DNA from: Candidatus Eiseniibacteriota bacterium
Lineage (GTDB): Bacteria; Eisenbacteria; RBG-16-71-46; CAZEPH01
DNA: 64,000 bases
Reading direction: 5' to 3'
NCBI GenBank assembly: GCA_044229145.1
Contig: JBGATO010000002.1
Span: forward strand, 32,001-96,000
The position numbers and the translations under genes are program-made. The first letter of the stretch is position 1. The number at the start of each line of letters is the position of its first letter. Shown here piece after piece: positions 58,097-64,000 of the stretch. The notes beneath the pieces are model-generated. The model searched no databases, was not told the origin of the DNA, and saw only the letters and a list, made by a program, of their open reading frames with translations.

Positions 58097-59998
58097 ATGC
58101 CCAACAGGATCCTGCCACGTCCCCGCGCCTTGCGCGCCGGGGGCGGCTTCCTGCTTCGCCGCGCCGCGCCGGCCGTTCTCGCGCTGGTGCTGGCCGCCGC
58201 CATGACGCTTCCCGTCCTCCAGGTGCTCCACGCTCACCGCGTCAACGGCGCGGACGGTTTCCCGCTCGACGACGCCTGGATCCACCTGACCTACGCCCGG
58301 CAGTTGCACGACGGCCTCGGGTTCGTCTATTCGCCCGGGGACGCACCGACCGCCGGCTCGACCTCGCCGCTCTACACCTGCGTGCTCGCGTTGCTCTTCG
58401 GCCTGACACCGGATGAGAAGCGCCTCAGCTACGGCCTCGACATCGTCTGCCAGGCGATCTTCGTCGGGGCGCTCGCGCTGTGGGCACGCGCACGCTTACG
58501 AAGCATCTGGTGGACGATCGCGGTGGTGGCCCTCGTCGCCTTCGATGCCCGCATCCTGATCTTGTCGACCTCGGGGATGGAGACATCGCTCTTCCTCGCG
58601 CTGGTGGCGGTGGCGTTCGCGAGCGCGGCGTCCGGGCGATGGTGGGGGAGCGGCGCGGCGGTGGCGGCGGCGATCTGGACGCGGCCAGAGGGAATCCTGC
58701 TGGCAGCCGTGGTGGCAATCAGCGCAGCGGCGGGCGGGGCGGGGCGTGTCCGGCGCGTCGTCGGTGTGGCGATGCCGGCGGCCGTCGCGGCGTGCGGCTA
58801 CCTGGCGTTCAACCACGCGCTCGCCGGAGAGTGGCTCCCCGGGACCTTTGCCGCCAAGCGCGCGGCGATCTATCCGCCCATTCCACCGCAGACGTTCCTG
58901 CTGCACGACGTCCTGCCGTTTCTCGCGGATCACGGCTGGGTGGCGCTGATGCCGGCGCTGATCGCCGGGCTCGTCTGGGCGGTGGGGGCGCTGCGGTGGC
59001 ATCGCCTGCCGCCGTGCGCGGCGGAGGCGCTCTGGGTGATCGGCGTGCTCGCGGCGTACGCGCTGCTCTTGCCGACCGGCCATCGTTTCGACCGCTATCT
59101 CGTCCCGGTGTTGCCAGCCGCGGCGATCGTCGCGATGGTGGCGTTGCAGCGGGTGGCGGAGGCCATCACTGCAGCGCGAGGGCGCGGCTGGCTGCAGCAT
59201 GCCGCGCCGGTCGTCCCGCTGGTGTTCGTGGGCGCGGGGGCGCTCCACGCGAGCGCGCCGCCCGACGCGTCGCGTGCGTTCGCGACGTGGTGCCAGTATC
59301 ACGCGGTGCGGCACGAACGCGCGGGGCGCTGGCTTGCCGCGCACACGCCGCCCGATGCGGTGATTGCCACCCACGACGTCGGGGCGATCGCCTTCTACTC
59401 GCATCGGCGCATCGTCGACATCGCCGGGCTGGTCACGCCCGAGGTCGTCCCGCATGTGCGGCAGCCTGACTTCACCGCATACCTCGCGGGATTGTTCGCG
59501 CGGCGCCACGTGACGCACCTCGCGATGCTGCGCGAGTGGATGCAAGTGACGAACGTCGCGCCGGCGTTCGTCGCCGATCCGCGTCCGGAAATCCTCGAGA
59601 TCTTTCCGTGGCGCGCGGGCGTCACGCATTTGGTGAGCCGCGAAGCGACCAGCGACGCGCTGACCGCGCAAGGTCTGCTCCGTGCCGGACGCATCGCCGA
59701 CGCTGCGACAGTCGCCCAGATTGCGGTGGCACGCGACTCATTGAACGCGGACGGCTGGATCGCGTGGGGGTATGCGCTCGGTGCGACGCGCCGGCCGGAT
59801 CTCGCGGCCGACTGCTTCGCGCGCGCCCTCCGCCTGCGGCCCGGTGACCGGCTCGCGCGCGTCGGACTGGCGCGGCTGGCGATCGATGCAGAGCGATACG
59901 AGGTTGCGCAAGCGTTGGTGGATTCCCTGCACGACGAACTGCCTGACGATCCGGACGTGAACGCGCTCGCCGAGCGCATTCCGCTCGCGCCCCGCTAG
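58097..59998 (+). CDS. GT-C fold polytopic glycosyltransferase-like protein with C-terminal TPR
   Basis: DDAWI...YA, GSTSPLY, SGMET, RPEG, RYLVP, D.GAI.FYS...D..GL; TPR-like helices at the end. Confidence 0.7.
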   Translation: MPNRILPRPRALRAGGGFLLRRAAPAVLALVLAAAMTLPVLQVLHAHRVNGADGFPLDDAWIHLTYARQLHDGLGFVYSPGDAPTAGSTSPLYTCVLALLFGLTPDEKRLSYGLDIVCQAIFVGALALWARARLRSIWWTIAVVALVAFDARILILSTSGMETSLFLALVAVAFASAASGRWWGSGAAVAAAIWTRPEGILLAAVVAISAAAGGAGRVRRVVGVAMPAAVAACGYLAFNHALAGEWLPGTFAAKRAAIYPPIPPQTFLLHDVLPFLADHGWVALMPALIAGLVWAVGALRWHRLPPCAAEALWVIGVLAAYALLLPTGHRFDRYLVPVLPAAAIVAMVALQRVAEAITAARGRGWLQHAAPVVPLVFVGAGALHASAPPDASRAFATWCQYHAVRHERAGRWLAAHTPPDAVIATHDVGAIAFYSHRRIVDIAGLVTPEVVPHVRQPDFTAYLAGLFARRHVTHLAMLREWMQVTNVAPAFVADPRPEILEIFPWRAGVTHLVSREATSDALTAQGLLRAGRIADAATVAQIAVARDSLNADGWIAWGYALGATRRPDLAADCFARALRLRPGDRLARVGLARLAIDAERYEVAQALVDSLHDELPDDPDVNALAERIPLAPR

Positions 59999-60008
59999 CG
60001 ACGGCGGA

Positions 60009-60869
60009 CTACGGCACGCGCGCCGCGACCAATACCGCCGTCACCGCCAGGCGCACCGCGCCGCTCGCATCCGTTCCCTGTGCGAGCAATACGCGCGCGT
60101 CCGCTTCCACCGCGCGCTGCACCGCGTCGGGTTCCTCGCGCAGTGAGTGCCCGAGCGGTGTGCCCTCCATCGTCATGCGCCAGTAGTCGTCCACTGACGG
60201 CGCGGTGAAGAAGCCCGGGTGGAGCGTCTCGCGTGTGTCGGTGCATCCGGCCGCCTCGAGGAGAGCGGCCAACTCGCCCGGTCCGCCGAGCTCGTAGGGC
60301 GTCGGCAGGTAGCCGGTCTCGTCCGGCTCGGCGTGCGCGAGCATCGGTCCGACCACGGCGTGGAGGCCAGGGTTCCGTTCCGCCACCGACCACACAGTGA
60401 GGCCGATGCGTCCGCCGGGCTTCACCACGCGCACCAATTCGCGTGCTGCGGCCTCCGGGTCGGTGATGATCTGGAAGCCGAAGCGGGAGAGCGCGACATC
60501 GAAAGTGGCGTCGGCGAAGCTGAGGGCCTCGGCGTCCTCGACGAGGAAGCGGGCGCGCCCGAGGCCGCGTTCGGCGGCACGGCGCGCGGCGATGGCGATC
60601 ATCGCGGGCGACAAGTCGACGCCGGTCACGGAACCGCGACACGTGGTGGCGCGCTCCATGCTCTCGGCGATGTGGAGCGCCGGTTCGCCGGGTCCGGTGG
60701 CGAGATCGAGGACGTGATCGTCGAGCGAGACGTCGCAAAACGCCAGCAAGGCGTGGCCGAACGGGGCGAGTTGTCGCGCGAATCCGGTTTCGTAGAACGG
60801 AGCGGCTTCGTCCCATGTGTCGCGCGTGTAGTTCTTGTAATAGTCGTCGCTGTAGGTCCAGCCGCCCAT
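60009..60869 (-). CDS. Class I SAM-dependent methyltransferase
   Basis: VLDLATGPG, GVDLS..M, DAE.L.F.D..FD, RVVKPGG; AGGAGG SD. Confidence 0.9.
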   Translation of the reverse strand: MGGWTYSDDYYKNYTRDTWDEAAPFYETGFARQLAPFGHALLAFCDVSLDDHVLDLATGPGEPALHIAESMERATTCRGSVTGVDLSPAMIAIAARRAAERGLGRARFLVEDAEALSFADATFDVALSRFGFQIITDPEAAARELVRVVKPGGRIGLTVWSVAERNPGLHAVVGPMLAHAEPDETGYLPTPYELGGPGELAALLEAAGCTDTRETLHPGFFTAPSVDDYWRMTMEGTPLGHSLREEPDAVQRAVEADARVLLAQGTDASGAVRLAVTAVLVAARVP

Positions 60870-60885
60870 GGATCCCTCCTGCGCG

Positions 60886-62385
60886 TTACTCGGTGAGCAG
60901 AATGGTGCCCGTGGCGCGGGCGCCCTGTGACTCGACGTCGAGCCGGTACACGCCGTGCGGCAGGCGCCGCCCGGTGGAATCGTGCCCATCCCAACTCACG
61001 GTGCGTTCGCCGCGTGCGCCGTCGACGTGCCACCGCCGCACCACGCGTCCCCGCACGTCGCTGAGCAGCAGGCGCGTGGCGCCGGCGTCGGCTTGCGCCC
61101 AGCACAGCCGCGCCCGGCTCGACGTCGTCCCGCGCACCTGCAGGGACGATTCCGACGCCGGCGGAGGCGCCACGGCCGTGACGGTCGGCTCGAGTCGCCA
61201 CACCGCGTTGCTGGTGAGATCGACGATGTGCAGGATGCCGTCGGGATCGAGATCGAAATCGGTCACCGCGCCGAATCCCTGGCCCCAGGTCAGTGAGGCA
61301 ACCTCGCTCGTGTTGTTGTCCGCGACGCGATCGGCGAGCAGCGGATCGCTCAGCACGAACGAATCGCGCGACGCCGCCATCGGGAACAGGTACAGCCTGC
61401 CGAAGTTGTTGTCGCCGACGATGCACTGATCTTGCAGCGCCGGACCGTAGTGCGGCGTGTGCAGGAAGAGGATCGCGCACGGCGTCACCACCTGCGCCCA
61501 CGAGAACTCCGGATCGCTGTACGCGGCGCCGGGCGCCATCCAGAGATCCGCGACGCCCTTCGGCGAGCGCGCGTCGGGCCCGACGATCTGTTCCCAGCCG
61601 CCGTTCATGCCCGGCGTGATGCGATTGATCTCGTCGTAACTGGTGGGCCCCGGCTCGGTGTTCCACAGTGTGCCGGTGAGCGGATCGAAGGTCATGCCGA
61701 AGCAGTTGCGCAGGCCGTACGAGTACACCAGCTCCATGCGTGTCACGCCGGCGAACGGATTGTCGGCGGGCGCGCTGCCATCGTCGTTCATGCGCATGAC
61801 GACGCCGGTGGTGTCCGGCGCCGGTCCGGCCGGATAGTTCTGCAACTTGCCGTTGCGATTGAGTTCGCCGATCACCGCGTAGAGTTTGCCATCGGGACCG
61901 AACTGCAGGATACCGCCGTCGTGATTCGGGCCCGGCGTGACCTCGAGCCGCTGGATGATGGTCGGCGTCGTGAGCGCGCTGCCCGTCCACGTATAGCGCA
62001 CGATGCGATTGTCGAGCGCCTGCGTCGAGTTGCTGGTGTCGTTGAGCGTCGAGCTCTGCGTGAAGTAGACGTAGACCCACGGCGTCGCCGGGAACTGCGG
62101 GTGCAAGGCGATGCCGAGCAGGCCGCGCTCGCTCGCCGAGTTGACGGCGACATCGAGCACCGGCGCCGGCTGCAAGACGCCGCCGATGACGCGCTGCACG
62201 CGGCCGGTGGTCTTCTCGCACACCAAGAAATCGCCGCGATCGAGGAACACCATGGTGGTCGGCGAGTTGAGGCCAGTGACCACCGCGGTGACCTTGAGCG
62301 TGGTGTCCGCCATCGTCGGCGCCGCCAGGGCAGGCCGCGCGCAGGCGACGACGAGCAGCGTGAGGGCACGACCGAGCATTCGCAT
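60886..62385 (-). CDS. PQQ-dependent sugar dehydrogenase (GSDH-type) with FlgD-Ig/T9SS-like C-terminal domain
   Basis: ERGLLGIALHP, NHDGG.L.FGPDGKLY, YGLRN.FG..FDP, DEIN...G.N.GW; WDG.D..G..L..GVY. Confidence 0.87.
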   Translation of the reverse strand: MRMLGRALTLLVVACARPALAAPTMADTTLKVTAVVTGLNSPTTMVFLDRGDFLVCEKTTGRVQRVIGGVLQPAPVLDVAVNSASERGLLGIALHPQFPATPWVYVYFTQSSTLNDTSNSTQALDNRIVRYTWTGSALTTPTIIQRLEVTPGPNHDGGILQFGPDGKLYAVIGELNRNGKLQNYPAGPAPDTTGVVMRMNDDGSAPADNPFAGVTRMELVYSYGLRNCFGMTFDPLTGTLWNTEPGPTSYDEINRITPGMNGGWEQIVGPDARSPKGVADLWMAPGAAYSDPEFSWAQVVTPCAILFLHTPHYGPALQDQCIVGDNNFGRLYLFPMAASRDSFVLSDPLLADRVADNNTSEVASLTWGQGFGAVTDFDLDPDGILHIVDLTSNAVWRLEPTVTAVAPPPASESSLQVRGTTSSRARLCWAQADAGATRLLLSDVRGRVVRRWHVDGARGERTVSWDGHDSTGRRLPHGVYRLDVESQGARATGTILLTE

Positions 62386-62593
62386 GGGAGGGCGCATCCT
62401 TTCCGAGAGGGTGTGCTGAGTGTGCCACAGGCCGCGGGCGCACACTAGTCGCGGGCCAGCCGATGGCCGGACGCTCAGGAAAACCCCGCAGGCGTGGCGT
62501 CGTTCCGCTCGACCGGCGGCGGGTCATCGCCGATACTCCGGCCGCGCCGCCGCGCAGGCAACTTCCGGCTCCCACTCACCTTGCGAGGATGTC

Positions 62594-64000
62594 ATGGCCC
62601 GCACGTCGTCCCGTCGTCCCGCCGTCCACGGTCTCGACGACCTGCTGCACGAGAATCGCGTCTTCAAGCCGTCCGCCGCCTTCCGCCGCGCCGCGCACGC
62701 GAATGACGCCGCGATCTACGACCGCGCGGCCCGCAATCCCGAGCGGTTTTGGGCCGGCTGGGCGAAGCAGCTCGTGTGGACGAAGCCGTGGACGACCGTG
62801 TGTCAGTGGAAGCCGCCGCACGCGCGCTGGTTCGTCGGTGGGCATCTCAATGCGAGCGTCAACTGCCTCGATCGCCATCTGTCGACCGCGACGCGCAACA
62901 AGGCGGCGATCCTGTGGGAAGGCGAGCCCGGCGAGGAGCGCACGCTGACCTACGCGCAGCTGCATCGCGAGGTCTGCAAGTTCGCCAACGTGCTCAAGTC
63001 GCTTGGGGTGAAGAAGGGCGATCGCGTGACGCTCTACATGCCGATGGTGCCCGAGTTGCCGGTGGCGATGCTGGCGTGCGCGCGCATCGGCGCGCCGCAC
63101 AGCGTGGTGTTCGGCGGCTTCTCGCACGAGTCGTTGCGCGATCGCATCAACGATGCGCAATCAGCCGTGGTGGTGACCGCGGACGGCGGATTCCGGCGCG
63201 GCAGCGAAGTGCCGCTCAAGCGCATCGTCGACGAGGCGGTCCGCGAGACCCCGTGCGTGCGGCACGTCGTCGTCGTCAAGCGCGGCGCGTTCGTGGTGCA
63301 CATGCAGGAAGGCCGCGATCACTGGTGGCATCGCCTGATGCAGGATGCCGCGGCGGAGTGCGCGCCGGCGGCGATGTCCTCCACCGATCCGCTGTTCATG
63401 CTCTACACGTCGGGCACCACCGGCAAGCCGAAGGGCATCGTGCATGGCACCGGCGGGTACCTCACCGGTGTCTACGCGACGACGAAATGGGTGTTCGATC
63501 TCAAACCGGAAGACGTCTACTGGTGCACCGCCGATATCGGCTGGATCACCGGCCATTCGTACGTCGTCTACGGCCCGCTGATGAACGGCGCCACGGTGCT
63601 GATGTACGAAGGCGCGCCGGACTGGCCGGACCGCGGCCGCTTCTGGGAACTGATCGCCAAATACGGCGTGACGATCTTCTACACCGCGCCGACCGCGATC
63701 CGCGCCTTCATGCGGTGGGGCGAGGAATGGCCGCGCCGTCATGCGTTGTCATCGCTGCGATTGCTCGGAAGCGTCGGCGAGCCGATCAACCCCGAAGCGT
63801 GGATGTGGTATCACGACGTCATCGGCGGCAAGCGCTGTCCGGTGGTCGACACCTGGTGGCAGACCGAAACCGGCCACATCATGATCGCGCCGTTGCCGGG
63901 TCTCACGCCCACCAAGCCAGGCTCGGCGACGCGTCCGTTCCCCGGCATCCACGCCGAAGTGTTGAGCGACGAAGGCACGCGTCTCGCGCATGGCGGCGGT
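62594..64000 (+). CDS. acs: Acetyl-CoA synthetase (partial, runs off the window)
   Basis: [67 protein letters not shown]; absent from the ORF track because there is no stop in the window. Confidence 0.95.
   Translation, partial: MARTSSRRPAVHGLDDLLHENRVFKPSAAFRRAAHANDAAIYDRAARNPERFWAGWAKQLVWTKPWTTVCQWKPPHARWFVGGHLNASVNCLDRHLSTATRNKAAILWEGEPGEERTLTYAQLHREVCKFANVLKSLGVKKGDRVTLYMPMVPELPVAMLACARIGAPHSVVFGGFSHESLRDRINDAQSAVVVTADGGFRRGSEVPLKRIVDEAVRETPCVRHVVVVKRGAFVVHMQEGRDHWWHRLMQDAAAECAPAAMSSTDPLFMLYTSGTTGKPKGIVHGTGGYLTGVYATTKWVFDLKPEDVYWCTADIGWITGHSYVVYGPLMNGATVLMYEGAPDWPDRGRFWELIAKYGVTIFYTAPTAIRAFMRWGEEWPRRHALSSLRLLGSVGEPINPEAWMWYHDVIGGKRCPVVDTWWQTETGHIMIAPLPGLTPTKPGSATRPFPGIHAEVLSDEGTRLAHGGG

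Noticed and set aside
1..64000. CRISPR arrays, tRNA/rRNA genes, IS elements, prophage
   Set aside because: No regularly spaced repeats, tRNA arm motifs, transposase, integrase or phage genes were recognised by eye; small RNAs could have been missed.

Overview
GC-rich (roughly 70%) bacterial chromosomal segment with about 50 protein-coding genes. No rRNA, tRNA, CRISPR array, integrase or transposase was recognised. Six secreted proteins end in a FlgD-Ig/T9SS-like C-terminal domain, which suggests a non-Bacteroidota FCB-group organism such as Ca. Eisenbacteria (inference). Housekeeping genes include purEK, lemA, mazEF, sbcDC (sbcC frameshifted), sppA, a type-F-like sdh operon and acs. The main theme is tryptophan/aromatic amine catabolism: tryptophanase next to an iodotyrosine-deiodinase homolog and a haloacid dehalogenase; tryptophan 2,3-dioxygenase; an SDR / luciferase-like monooxygenase / asparaginase-II-like / aminomuconate-semialdehyde dehydrogenase operon; and 2-aminophenol 1,6-dioxygenase with its alpha subunit fused to a RidA-type deaminase. 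Kynureninase, KMO, HAAO and ACMSD are absent from the window. My leading hypothesis is a non-canonical kynurenine route: Baeyer-Villiger oxygenation, beta-aspartyl hydrolysis to aspartate plus 2-aminophenol, then meta-cleavage. Other signals: a small membrane ORF missing from the ORF track with a candidate Sec (UGA) read-through, a shared ECF-like promoter, several apparently leaderless genes, an NPA-motif barrel fused to SppA, and a low-GC mosaic segment in a large surface protein. All family assignments come from motif recognition, not database searches.
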